From Candidatus Omnitrophota bacterium (GTDB lineage: Bacteria > Omnitrophota > Gorgyraeia > Gorgyraeales > Gorgyraeaceae), in assembly GCA_043814965.1 (NCBI GenBank), contig JBDRJN010000005.1:4858-68857 (forward strand): a stretch of DNA of 64,000 bases, written 5' to 3'. The position numbers were made by a program, and so were the translations under genes. This document shows, in pieces, positions 10,526 through 20,389 of this stretch. Position 1 is the first letter of the stretch. Each line of letters begins with the position of its first letter. Below the pieces are notes generated by a model. It ran no database searches. It had not been told where the DNA came from and saw nothing but the letters and a program-made list of their open reading frames with translations.

Positions 10526-11841
10526 AGTTTCAAAGACTCCATTAGAAATTTACCTACTCCCAACATACTGGAAGAGTTCATGAACATATAAAAATTTAGA
10601 CAAAACCAAGACACCACCAAAAGAACTATCTTGCTTCTCGAAAATCTATAATATAAATAAGTCATAGAATAAGCTGCAAATATTATTAAGATCGGCTCTA
10701 TAGGCAAGCGAAACCTTGGCAATCCGCTGAAGACAACTGCCAGCAGATTGCAATAAACAATAGGTATTAATAGCGCTGTTAAGCGCTTAAAACTCTTTCT
10801 TAGGAAAATCAGCCCTAGGATACTAAATGGCAGAATAAATGCTGTAGAAAAATTATATACCCCTTCTCCCCCAAGAGTCTCCCAATCAAAGATGCTCCAA
10901 AAAAACAATATCTTAAGGGGCACTAACTTCATAACCTTGTCTGGGTGTTCTCTTATGTGTTTCACTGCCTCATTGACTAAATATCTATTTCTATCTACCT
11001 CACTATCTATCTTACCTGCTTTTTCCGTCAATTCATCTTTAGGTATTATACCAAACTTTTTGCCTTCTATCGGATTATAAGAATGATACAAAACCGTTCC
11101 AAAACCTGTCGTAAAAGGCACTAATGCATTATGAACACGATAATTTCTTAAAGTCCATATAGAAATCGGTAAAACTATCATCACAATCGAGACAGTTGCC
11201 CCAATAATAAAAGACTTGATATGATTTTGTCTTTTTTTTAAGGCTCGGGTAAACCCTGTAAATAAAAATATAAATGGCAGAAAGAACATATTTGGTTTAA
11301 ACATAATAGATAAAGATGAAAAACACCCAAATAAAAAAGCATCTCTTTTGGATAACTTTTCATCCCACTTGATCCAGTATAGGATAGAGGTTATTACAAA
11401 AAACATCTGCACTGAATCAGGCCGTAGTAACTGTATTGATTTTAGAAAAAAATAATGCCCCATACATAAGATAGCTGACAAAAACCCAACTCTTTTATCA
11501 AATAGTTTTCTAGCTATTTCGTATATAGCTATACACATCAAGCTATCAAGAACAGCCTGGGCTATTCTTATAGCTGCGAGACTATCCTGAAAAAATCGAT
11601 AGATAAAAGCAATGAATATCGAATATCCAGGCATGATAGAAGATGTCAGGTGTTCTCCGATCATATATCCTTTCCCTAGACATAACCCTCTCCCTGAAGA
11701 CTCATAAAATATTTCATCACCTGATAATATATCATTGCCTTTTAGGGCAAAGGCCGATCGTATAGCAAAGCCTAGTAGAAATATACCTACAGGGATTAAA
11801 AATTTTTCTTTTTCTCTTATATATTTTTTTATATTATACAT
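10519..11841 (-). CDS. GT-C fold membrane glycosyltransferase (ArnT/PMT, family 39/83-like)
   Basis: An N-terminal TM helix is followed by the loop 'LSGDEIFYESSGRGLCLGKGY', typical of the ArnT/PMT first periplasmic loop. There are about 11 TM segments. Confidence 0.55.
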   Translation of the reverse strand: MYNIKKYIREKEKFLIPVGIFLLGFAIRSAFALKGNDILSGDEIFYESSGRGLCLGKGYMIGEHLTSSIMPGYSIFIAFIYRFFQDSLAAIRIAQAVLDSLMCIAIYEIARKLFDKRVGFLSAILCMGHYFFLKSIQLLRPDSVQMFFVITSILYWIKWDEKLSKRDAFLFGCFSSLSIMFKPNMFFLPFIFLFTGFTRALKKRQNHIKSFIIGATVSIVMIVLPISIWTLRNYRVHNALVPFTTGFGTVLYHSYNPIEGKKFGIIPKDELTEKAGKIDSEVDRNRYLVNEAVKHIREHPDKVMKLVPLKILFFWSIFDWETLGGEGVYNFSTAFILPFSILGLIFLRKSFKRLTALLIPIVYCNLLAVVFSGLPRFRLPIEPILIIFAAYSMTYLYYRFSRSKIVLLVVSWFCLNFYMFMNSSSMLGVGKFLMESLKLW

Positions 11842-11845
11842 GTAC

Positions 11846-12997
11846 CTATTTCCTATTAAAACTCATATATATCTCTTCTAGCTGCCTGATTTGCTGTCTG
11901 ATATCAAAATCTCTTTTTACTTTTAGATAGCCGGATTCTGCTATATCGGACTTTTTAAACGGGTTTTCTATTAAATCAGCTATAGCATCCGATAACGCTC
12001 TGCAAGAAGAAGGTTTAACCAGAACTCCTTCTTTTTCGTTTGTAATGATCTCTTTTATACCATCAATGTCCGAAGCTATGCAAGGTATCTTCAATGCCAT
12101 TGCTTCTAGCAATACTATACCAAATCCTTCAGAATATATAGAAGGTAATATAAAAATATCAGAACATCCCACAACTTCTCTTATATCATCTCTATCTTTT
12201 AGAAAAATAATATTTTTTTCTAATTTCAAACTTTTAACTTCACTCTTAAGTTCGTTTTCCAATATTCCTTTTCCTACGATCAATAGTTTAATATTTTTAT
12301 TTTCTAATTTACTTTCTTTCAGGGCTCTTATTAAAAAGGTATGGCCTTTCTGTATATCCAGCCTTCCAACAGTTACCAGGACAATATCATCTTTAGATAA
12401 TGACAATCTCTGCCTTGTATCAAGTCTTTCCTTTTCAGTCAAGGCCTTGAATCTATCAAGGTCTATTGAATTATGGACCACACCTATATTTTTGAACCCT
12501 AAAATTCCTTCTGCTGACTTTTTGACAGCAGAAGAGACTGCTATGAAGGAATCATTAAACAACCTGCCTGTAAAACTATCCAACAGCCTTCTTCTTTCAA
12601 AAAAAAACCTGCTCCTAAAAATAGAATAAGGCTCATAATCTAAGCCATGTAAAGTAGTTACAATATGAGGCCTCCTGGCTATCCCTCCAGCTATTCTTCC
12701 ATAGATATTTGTGCTAAATAGATGTGTATGGATTATATCTATTTTTTCTTTCCTTATGATATTCAGCAGCCTTTTTATTACTTTGATCGGCGAATAGATG
12801 TTTTTCACATGAATTGGATAGACCTTTATCTGGAATCTCGCTAAATCGCGCAAAAAATAATCTTCATTGTTTAAATAAGTAACAATATTATTAAATCTAT
12901 CCTTATTTAAATAGGATAGATTGGTTGTTAAGAGCCTTTCAGCTCCACCCACGCCCAAACCTTCTATTGCATGAAGAATATTTATCTTACCCATCAA
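11846..12997 (-). CDS. Glycosyltransferase family 4
   Basis: 'INILHAIEGLGVGGAERLL' and 'PSIYSEGFGIVLLEAMALKIPCIASDIDGIKEII'. Confidence 0.8.
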   Translation of the reverse strand: MMGKINILHAIEGLGVGGAERLLTTNLSYLNKDRFNNIVTYLNNEDYFLRDLARFQIKVYPIHVKNIYSPIKVIKRLLNIIRKEKIDIIHTHLFSTNIYGRIAGGIARRPHIVTTLHGLDYEPYSIFRSRFFFERRRLLDSFTGRLFNDSFIAVSSAVKKSAEGILGFKNIGVVHNSIDLDRFKALTEKERLDTRQRLSLSKDDIVLVTVGRLDIQKGHTFLIRALKESKLENKNIKLLIVGKGILENELKSEVKSLKLEKNIIFLKDRDDIREVVGCSDIFILPSIYSEGFGIVLLEAMALKIPCIASDIDGIKEIITNEKEGVLVKPSSCRALSDAIADLIENPFKKSDIAESGYLKVKRDFDIRQQIRQLEEIYMSFNRK

Positions 12998-13001
12998 ACC
13001 C

Positions 13002-14162
13002 TCATTTGACTAAAATCTCTTCATATTCTTTTATTATCTTAGATATGTCAAATCTCTTTACTTTCTTAAAGGCATTATATCTTATTTTTTTTCTCAACTC
13101 ATTATCGGTCAAGAGAATATAAATAGCCTGGGATAATTCTTCTCCGTTTTTTGGAGCGACCAATATCCCGTCTTCACGATCATCCACTATCTCTTCCAAT
13201 GCTGGAGTACATCTTGACGCGACAACGCATACGCCGCATACCATTGCTTCCAAGATAGCATTTGGAAAACCTTCGGACATTGAAGGCAAGGCAAAAATAT
13301 CACATTTAGCTAAATATTTGAATGGATTTTTTTGCCATCCTAAAAACTGCACATTTTTTTCTATGCCATATTTCAAAGATAGGCTTTTAAGTCTATCTTT
13401 TTCTTCACCCTCACCCATAATAAGAACTCGTAATTGTATTTTATCCTTTAGATCTCTGACTGCCTCTAATAAATATTCTATGCCTTTTTCTTGAGAGAGC
13501 CTTGACATGATAGCAATATGATAGACATCTTTTTGAAATACCAGGTCGTCTACGCTCTCTTTGCTTAGGTTTTCTATATTTAAAATATCAATTGGATTAT
13601 ATATGACCCTTACCCTGTCTTTCCTGATGTAAAAAAGCCTCTTTCTTATCAATCTAGCTATATTTTCTGAGACAGCAACTATACAGTCTGCTGATCTATA
13701 TAAAAAATAGATCATGATCCTATAGCCTGCAGCCCAAACTCTTTCCTTTAATGTCGTTCTTTTGAATCTTACAAGAAATGCTTCGCAATGTTCTGTGATA
13801 ATTATCTTGGTGTCTATCTTGTTCAATAATCTTAATGCTAAAATTGCATAACAATTTGGTGAAAAACCAAAGGTCAATACCACGTCTGGTTTTTCTTCTT
13901 TACATACTAAAGCTATTGATCTTAATATACTCCATACGTTTTTTATCTTTCTTAAAATCCTTTTTTGTGGATTAACATCTAAATCTATTATTTTGATGTT
14001 TCTGTCTACAGGAAAATGTCTTTCAGCTATCTTTTCGATCAATAAAACGACTTCAAATCTATTCCTGTCAAAATTGTCTATTAAATTTTTCGCAACTGCG
14101 CAAACTCCATTAATTTCATATCTGGAGAGCATGATCAATACTTTTGATTTACGAGAGTTCAT
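13002..14162 (-). CDS. Glycosyltransferase family 4
   Basis: 'PSMSEGFPNAILEAMVCGVCVVASRCTPALEEIV'. Confidence 0.8.
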   Translation of the reverse strand: MNSRKSKVLIMLSRYEINGVCAVAKNLIDNFDRNRFEVVLLIEKIAERHFPVDRNIKIIDLDVNPQKRILRKIKNVWSILRSIALVCKEEKPDVVLTFGFSPNCYAILALRLLNKIDTKIIITEHCEAFLVRFKRTTLKERVWAAGYRIMIYFLYRSADCIVAVSENIARLIRKRLFYIRKDRVRVIYNPIDILNIENLSKESVDDLVFQKDVYHIAIMSRLSQEKGIEYLLEAVRDLKDKIQLRVLIMGEGEEKDRLKSLSLKYGIEKNVQFLGWQKNPFKYLAKCDIFALPSMSEGFPNAILEAMVCGVCVVASRCTPALEEIVDDREDGILVAPKNGEELSQAIYILLTDNELRKKIRYNAFKKVKRFDISKIIKEYEEILVK

Positions 14163-15007
14163 ATTTCTTCCCTGAATGAACTAAAACTATTTCTTTTTAT
14201 ATTCTTCAAAAAATTATACCCCTTGGGCCTAAGTATAAATTTAGCTATAGACCGAAATAGGTCTCCAAATAATATAAAATTCAAAATTTTCGCTAGCAAC
14301 AGTTCAAAAAAATTAAAATACATCTCAAAAAGCATCTTCCTCTCCATCAAGCGCAACTTTCTATGAGCATCACTATTGCTAATGCCGCCATATTGAAAAA
14401 CAGAGACGATCTGCCCTGTGTACATAGCCCGTGATCTTTTTCTATACAAAGCTCTTAAAAACCACTCGCAGTCTCCAGCGATCTTAAATCTAGTATCATA
14501 ATACCCTGTTTTTTCAAAAGCTGCCCTGCTAAAAAATGTGGCTGGATGGCCAATACTATCTCCAATAAAATGGATCTTCATAATAAAACGAGGGTACCTA
14601 TAACGCCATGTGATCTTGGCCCTAGGGTCATGATACAACATATCGCCATAGATAAAATCCACTTTTTTTCTCTTTTTAAAAAAATCCACTGCATTTTTTA
14701 CTGCATCTATGTTATAAAAATAATCATCAGAATTAAGAAAACAAAGTATCTCGCCTTTTGATGCAATGATCCCTTTATTCATTGCATCAAAAATGCCTTC
14801 ATCTTGCTCACTTAACAGATAACCTATCTTGCTCTTATACTTATCTAGTATCTCTAGAGTTCTGTCTTTTGATCCTCCATCTATTATTATGTATTCTATA
14901 TCTTCATAAGTCTGGGAGAGGACACTCTTGATAGTTCTTTCCAAGAACTCCTCAGAATTGAAACAAACTGTTACTACTGAGACTTTTGGTCTTTCACTTA
15001 GACTCAT
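14159..15007 (-). CDS. Glycosyltransferase family 2
   Basis: 'VSVVTVCFNSEEFLERTIKSVLSQTYEDIEYIIIDGGSKDRT', with the GT-A DxD region 'NSDDYF'. Confidence 0.8.
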   Translation of the reverse strand: MSLSERPKVSVVTVCFNSEEFLERTIKSVLSQTYEDIEYIIIDGGSKDRTLEILDKYKSKIGYLLSEQDEGIFDAMNKGIIASKGEILCFLNSDDYFYNIDAVKNAVDFFKKRKKVDFIYGDMLYHDPRAKITWRYRYPRFIMKIHFIGDSIGHPATFFSRAAFEKTGYYDTRFKIAGDCEWFLRALYRKRSRAMYTGQIVSVFQYGGISNSDAHRKLRLMERKMLFEMYFNFFELLLAKILNFILFGDLFRSIAKFILRPKGYNFLKNIKRNSFSSFREEI

Positions 15008-16032
15008 ACCCTTAATACCTTTTCATATACCTCGTAAGTTTCTGAAACTGTCTTGTCCCATGAAAATTCTTTATGTCTATCTTTACCTTTTTTAATATAT
15101 CCATCTCTAATATTATTGTCGTTAAGTATGGTTTTTATACACGAACATAGCTCATCCCTATCTTCTGGAGAAAAAAACAAGGCAGCATTGCCTGCAATTT
15201 CAGGAATAGAGCCTCCGCTAGATGCTACTACAGGGCACCCAGCACCCATCGATTCCAATATCGGCAACCCAAACCCTTCATAAAGTGACGTATGTACAAA
15301 AAGATAGGCATTTCTGTAATACCAGCATAACAAATCATCATTACCTGTGACATGCCTAACTGCGCTCCTTATTCCTCTTCTATCAAGATCTCTTTTTTCT
15401 TCCTGTGAAAAAATTTCTCCCCCAAAGCATACTAGATCAAATTCTTTTTTTAAATTCAATTTATGGAAGATTTCGAGCAATATTTTAAAATTTTTATAAA
15501 AACCTCTTTTTCCTACATAAAAAATATAGGGCCTTTTTGGTTTATCTATACTAGAAGCCTTATGAGATATTAAATCGCTCGCAAGATACACTACAGAAAT
15601 TTGATCATCATCTATATTGTATATATTTTTTAAATCTTCCTTTGTCTTATCTGAAATACATATTATATGATCCGCACTTTTTATAGACTCTTTTTTCATT
15701 TTAATATGGCCTTCTTTGCCAGTATAATCAAGTAAACCCAATTCATGGATCATATCGAACACTGTCAAAACCATCCTGGCTTTTTCCCTTTCTATAGCGT
15801 TGTATGGGTAATAAGTCGGGTGGTATATATCATACCCTGATATCTTCAATCTGAGATTTAATAGCATGTTATTCAATCTAGTGAGTCTCCCGGGGGATAT
15901 ATTTAGGCCTTTAAACAGACCGACTTTTGCTTTATCGTATAATGACATTCTTCCGATGATCTCATGAAAATATCTTGATATGCCGCCATGTTTCTGCAGG
16001 GAAAAAATTGTACTATCGTAAAGTATTTTCAT
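15004..16032 (-). CDS. Glycosyltransferase family 4
   Basis: 'TSLYEGFGLPILESMGAGCPVVASSGGSIPEIAG'. Confidence 0.8.
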   Translation of the reverse strand: MKILYDSTIFSLQKHGGISRYFHEIIGRMSLYDKAKVGLFKGLNISPGRLTRLNNMLLNLRLKISGYDIYHPTYYPYNAIEREKARMVLTVFDMIHELGLLDYTGKEGHIKMKKESIKSADHIICISDKTKEDLKNIYNIDDDQISVVYLASDLISHKASSIDKPKRPYIFYVGKRGFYKNFKILLEIFHKLNLKKEFDLVCFGGEIFSQEEKRDLDRRGIRSAVRHVTGNDDLLCWYYRNAYLFVHTSLYEGFGLPILESMGAGCPVVASSGGSIPEIAGNAALFFSPEDRDELCSCIKTILNDNNIRDGYIKKGKDRHKEFSWDKTVSETYEVYEKVLRV

Positions 16033-17002
16033 TGTATCCTTGCCGGATTATACCATTGTTCAATATAAAATCCTTTAAATAATCCGCTGTGATTCTATGT
16101 CCATAATCAGAAAGATGGCAATCATCTAAAAATATGCTATATCTATCACTTTGAGCCTTAAAAACAGCTGTAAAATCCAAAAAATAATACCCGTTATCCT
16201 GGCAAAACCTGCCTAATCTTTTAGATGGCCCAAAGGCCTCTTCTCTTGAGCTATAAACCTGAAAATCGTATGGCAGATAAGCTACCAATACATTCGAAGT
16301 CTTTTTTATTTCGTCAAAAACCTCTTTAAGCTTAGTAAATTCTTTCTCCCACATTGCATCCTTGACATCCCACTCATCAAATGCCCAATTATTATAACCT
16401 GCTTTTAATTTTACATAATTATATCTTTCTGCCAAAGTAAGATATAAAACACTTTTTGCTAGACATGACTTAAGATTGAAGTTATTTTTCTTTTTTACTG
16501 TAATGCCTCTTATGGTCATGTTGCTTTCGTCAGATATATGTTCCATATGTTCAAATCCCTCGATATCATTTAAACCAAATTGATAGATTATTAAATCAGG
16601 GCTGAATTCCATAGCACCTTTAAGAGCTTTTAAATTGTCAGATGTAGTATTTCCACCCCTACCTAAATTCATAACCTCTACATCATAGGGTATATCTTGA
16701 AGATACCTCTCTAAAATTTTAGGAAAGATGTTTTCTAACTCAACCCTATATCCTTCAGTAACAGAATCTCCTATGCATGCTATCCTAAAAATATCGATTC
16801 TTTTATCTTTTATGAACTCGCGGTCTTTCCAACCACGCGAATTTTTTTCTAACGTATATCCTGCCATAATTCGAGAATCGTAAGAATTATAGGTTTTGGA
16901 TAGATGGAATATACGTGCAAAGGCTTCAGCAATTACAAGACTTAGAAGAATAGCAATAATACATATAGTTATACTCAAAAATATTGAACTATGTTTTCTC
17001 AT
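16013..17002 (-). CDS. SGNH/GDSL-family hydrolase (candidate polysaccharide O-acetylesterase or O-acetyltransferase), N-terminal membrane anchor
   Basis: A signal-anchor 'IFLSITICIIAILLSLVIA' is followed by block I 'IACIGDSVTEG', block III 'FGLND' and block V 'DDCHLSDYGH'. Confidence 0.65.
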   Translation of the reverse strand: MRKHSSIFLSITICIIAILLSLVIAEAFARIFHLSKTYNSYDSRIMAGYTLEKNSRGWKDREFIKDKRIDIFRIACIGDSVTEGYRVELENIFPKILERYLQDIPYDVEVMNLGRGGNTTSDNLKALKGAMEFSPDLIIYQFGLNDIEGFEHMEHISDESNMTIRGITVKKKNNFNLKSCLAKSVLYLTLAERYNYVKLKAGYNNWAFDEWDVKDAMWEKEFTKLKEVFDEIKKTSNVLVAYLPYDFQVYSSREEAFGPSKRLGRFCQDNGYYFLDFTAVFKAQSDRYSIFLDDCHLSDYGHRITADYLKDFILNNGIIRQGYNENTLR

Positions 17003-17020
17003 CTATAATTTTAAAAAACG

Positions 17021-19504
17021 CTACCTTAGTTCAGCTAATAAAAAATCTCTCGATTTGCTACGCAATCTATCAATGCTTGAATGAACACTATAATAATCGA
17101 TCTTATTCATAAATACATCATAAGGTGAACCGTTCTCATCTATCATGCAATTTGACAATCCTAGGCCATCAAGAAAACTTCCCACTTTATTTTGCCGGTA
17201 AAGCGTTTTAAACATGCAGAACTCCTTAGAATTTAAAATAGAAAAAATCATACCATGATACATGGTAGTAACAACGCAAGCACTTTTTATAAAATATCCC
17301 AACCACTCAAAAGGACTCAAACTTGCTAAGCTGATATCACACCATGGACAATCATAACCTACTGAAATTGTTTTTTTCTTAATAAAACTTGCGTATTCTA
17401 AAATTTTTTGAATCATTTTATCGTTGAAAAAACCATACACTAGAATAAAATCTTCATATTTAGGCAAAATAGCCTCACTTTTAAAATCAACTAAAAAAAC
17501 AGGGTCTAATACAGTTTGTACTGGTTTAGGGCTTATGGAAGACATAATATTAGAAGAATTCTCATCCCTAACTGATATCCTGTCCAATCTGTTAAGCAAA
17601 TTCACGAGTTCTTTTGGAATGCATTCGTTATCTTCGACACTACCAAAACTTGCGGCATAAGATATGATACTTCTAGCTTTAAGAAATTTAGAGAAGTAAA
17701 CAGGGTCATAGCCTATCAATCTTGTCTTAAAATTCCAAACTTCATCACTTCCAATAATAATCTTATCAAAATAAAATTTTTTAAGTTTATTTTTACTAAA
17801 CACCCTCCTACTGTAATTTAATTGTTTTTGCGCTCTTTTGAATTTTGCAATCTTAACTACGTTCTTTAGGATTGTTCTTATAGAAAGTAGCGGATTTAAA
17901 AAAAACTTATACTCTCTAAAAGTAAACCCTATATCTTTATAATTAATAATAGTAGGTTCTAACCCATGTTTTTTTAAGAAACCTTGAAGGGCATAAGCTT
18001 GGAAAAAACCTCCATAGTTTATCCCATTGTGAAAAGTTAAAATACCTATATCAGAGTTATAGCTCTGTTTCTTGAAAGGCATTATTAATTTCACAATACT
18101 CTTTATCTTTTTGAAATACTTAATTAAGAAATGTAACCAATTTCTTTTACAACGGTATCTTTTATAAACTTTGTCTAAAGATTTTTCTAATACCTGGGCG
18201 TTATTTGGGTCAAACCTATGTTCTGTGTAAATAGAACGGCTTAATTCTCTTATCTCATCTCTTTGTTTCATATCCCAATTGCGGAAAAAATTTAAGCGCC
18301 TACTTGGAGAAAACCTTTTTCTAGGGATATAGGTATTTCTTTTCTTATCTTTGGAAAGAAGAAATAGCCTATGCCTCAGATCGCTCCTTTTTAAAAGCAT
18401 TACCCCTTTTTGCCTATCAGTTACTGCCTTCAAGGAAGCTCTATCTAGAATTATTTCTTCTCTTGAAGCTCCCTTTAATAGCAAATCTTTTATCATATTA
18501 GAACGGGCTATCACGAAGTTAGACCCTTTCGTGCCATAACTATACGGCTCTTCTATGGCATCTCCAAAAGAAACATCTGCTATCTCAGCTGTAATATCGT
18601 CGCAAAAATTACACGCATTTAATTTAAAATAATCCATCCCCCAGATCAAACTCATGCCTTCGCTCTGATAGACTTGACCTATTTTTTCTGTCCCTTCTTT
18701 AGTTTCATAAACAAATTCAAATCTATGATCAAGGTGATGCCGTTTTTCATCTTTTACTCTAAAAGCTACCCTTTTTATTTTTTCCGGATTTCTTTTTCCC
18801 AATCCACATAGGTATTCGGAAAAAAATTTACTTTTATTTTGACCACAAACTAAACCAACCAGGACCCTTATATTACTTTGCAGCTTAATATTGTGCAACA
18901 TAGCTAAGCGCAATGCCTTTAGCATGCATGGTAGCCCTACTATAGCATATGTTTTGTCACTATTTAAAATATCACTGATAATTGACGAAAGATTCACCGG
19001 GTAGTAATGAGACCTCGAGGCTTTTTGAATGCCTTCCAAGGAATTGATGACTTTATAAGAAAATAGCCTGTCTGGACCGTCTTCGGGGACTACACAACAT
19101 ATGCTATCTACAATATTTTCTTCTATTAGTTTTTCGAGTAAATATGTAGCCAAGCCTCCACTTGCACCTAAAGATCTATGGTTCCTTATGTTTGAAAAGC
19201 CGGCAAAAAGAGCCATATAAAACCCTGTTGTAGAATTATATCTTACGCTTTCATCTTTCTTAAATAACATCTTTCCTAAGATGCTTTCATTTTCATTGTC
19301 TTTCCAAAAAGGACAAACTTTTAGACATAAGCCGCATCTACTGCATTTACCATTAACCTCTACAGGATTGTATTCACCATAATTATTCCATTCTATCTTA
19401 AGTGCCTGCATAGGACATAACCCTGCACAAACCCCGCAGCCAACACATAATTCATTCCGCACAATAACATCACATACATTACGATAACTCAAAAAAATTG
19501 ACAT
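17021..19504 (-). CDS. Fusion: 2x[4Fe-4S] ferredoxin + coenzyme F420 hydrogenase/dehydrogenase beta-subunit-like (FrhB-like) domain + C-terminal polysaccharide pyruvyl transferase (CsaB/WcaK-like) domain
   Basis: The N-terminus carries 'CVGCGVCAGLCP' and 'CSRCGLCLKVCP', two CxxCxxCxxxCP clusters, then an FrhB-like region. The C-terminal third, 'IGILTFHNGINYGGFFQAYALQGFLKKHG...DEVWN', is typical of PS_pyruv_trans. Confidence 0.65.
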   Translation of the reverse strand: MSIFLSYRNVCDVIVRNELCVGCGVCAGLCPMQALKIEWNNYGEYNPVEVNGKCSRCGLCLKVCPFWKDNENESILGKMLFKKDESVRYNSTTGFYMALFAGFSNIRNHRSLGASGGLATYLLEKLIEENIVDSICCVVPEDGPDRLFSYKVINSLEGIQKASRSHYYPVNLSSIISDILNSDKTYAIVGLPCMLKALRLAMLHNIKLQSNIRVLVGLVCGQNKSKFFSEYLCGLGKRNPEKIKRVAFRVKDEKRHHLDHRFEFVYETKEGTEKIGQVYQSEGMSLIWGMDYFKLNACNFCDDITAEIADVSFGDAIEEPYSYGTKGSNFVIARSNMIKDLLLKGASREEIILDRASLKAVTDRQKGVMLLKRSDLRHRLFLLSKDKKRNTYIPRKRFSPSRRLNFFRNWDMKQRDEIRELSRSIYTEHRFDPNNAQVLEKSLDKVYKRYRCKRNWLHFLIKYFKKIKSIVKLIMPFKKQSYNSDIGILTFHNGINYGGFFQAYALQGFLKKHGLEPTIINYKDIGFTFREYKFFLNPLLSIRTILKNVVKIAKFKRAQKQLNYSRRVFSKNKLKKFYFDKIIIGSDEVWNFKTRLIGYDPVYFSKFLKARSIISYAASFGSVEDNECIPKELVNLLNRLDRISVRDENSSNIMSSISPKPVQTVLDPVFLVDFKSEAILPKYEDFILVYGFFNDKMIQKILEYASFIKKKTISVGYDCPWCDISLASLSPFEWLGYFIKSACVVTTMYHGMIFSILNSKEFCMFKTLYRQNKVGSFLDGLGLSNCMIDENGSPYDVFMNKIDYYSVHSSIDRLRSKSRDFLLAELR

Positions 19505-19510
19505 AGCTTC

Positions 19511-20389
19511 TCACTTCACTACTTCGATCAGTGCTACTGCACGTGCCGCCGCCGCATAGTCTGAATCAAAAGATCTTGTCGTATGTATATTGAAATATTC
19601 GACATCACGGCACCCTTCTTCTGTGCTTATATCCCAACCATTCTTTTTATATCTATAAAAAGATATAAAAATGCTAGCACAAGAAGAAAAAGATCTAAGC
19701 AAATCTTTAAGTAAAAGGCCATTAAACTGCTCAGCAAAAGGAGTACCGTTCCATTCTATTAATTGATGCTTACCAAAAACAACAGAGGCAAGGAACTTGC
19801 CACCTGGTCTCAACACTCTAATAAGCTCTTTCACCGCCTTCTCCGCTTCTAATCCGACCTTCCCTGCCGTATTCTTTCTTGTATATATCCTATTATCCAT
19901 GCCAACATGCCCCAATGTAGATATAGAACAAATCTCATCAAACCAATTATCTCTAAAAGGCAGCTCTCTTAAATCTCCATAATTATAAGAAATTCCTTTA
20001 TCTAAAAACGCATTCAATTCGGGAGCAAGAGTAAAAATTGTAATATTTTTATTACTAAGTTTTGGCATTTCTATTATTTCCTTAAAGTTAAGGACTGATC
20101 CAGCATCTAGTAATCTTGTCTTTTCAATCCCTAATCTAGAAAAAACCCAAGGGTACTCTATAACCCTTTCATCATATCCATGCCCATACCCATTTGGCAA
20201 ATGACCTGAAGAAAAAAATAACTCCATAAGATCTTCATTATTTAATGTTTCAACTATAAAATCAAACTTACTTGGTGTATACCCCCTAGACCAAGGTTTT
20301 TTCCCTTTCTTAATGTAGGCTGCTAGATCTTTCTGGCGTATTTTTTGTGCTATATAATTTTTAATAAACTCCGTTATTAGCCTTTTCAT
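19511..20389 (-). CDS. Probable class I SAM-dependent methyltransferase (Methyltransf_11/23-like)
   Basis: 'LLDAGSVLNF' and 'KAVKELIRVLRPGGKFLASVVFG' match the MTase post-motif II/III pattern. The motif I match is weak. Confidence 0.45.
   Translation of the reverse strand: MKRLITEFIKNYIAQKIRQKDLAAYIKKGKKPWSRGYTPSKFDFIVETLNNEDLMELFFSSGHLPNGYGHGYDERVIEYPWVFSRLGIEKTRLLDAGSVLNFKEIIEMPKLSNKNITIFTLAPELNAFLDKGISYNYGDLRELPFRDNWFDEICSISTLGHVGMDNRIYTRKNTAGKVGLEAEKAVKELIRVLRPGGKFLASVVFGKHQLIEWNGTPFAEQFNGLLLKDLLRSFSSCASIFISFYRYKKNGWDISTEEGCRDVEYFNIHTTRSFDSDYAAAARAVALIEVVK

Noticed and set aside
12045-12629. 194-aa plus-strand ORF, and many other plus-strand ORFs of 60-180 aa (e.g. 60786-61328, 62771-63295, 43051-43503, 53142-53549)
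   Set aside because: All lie entirely antisense within minus-strand genes that have strong family motifs. They have low-complexity, Ser/Leu/Phe-rich translations typical of antisense frames of AT-rich genes, and no recognisable motifs.
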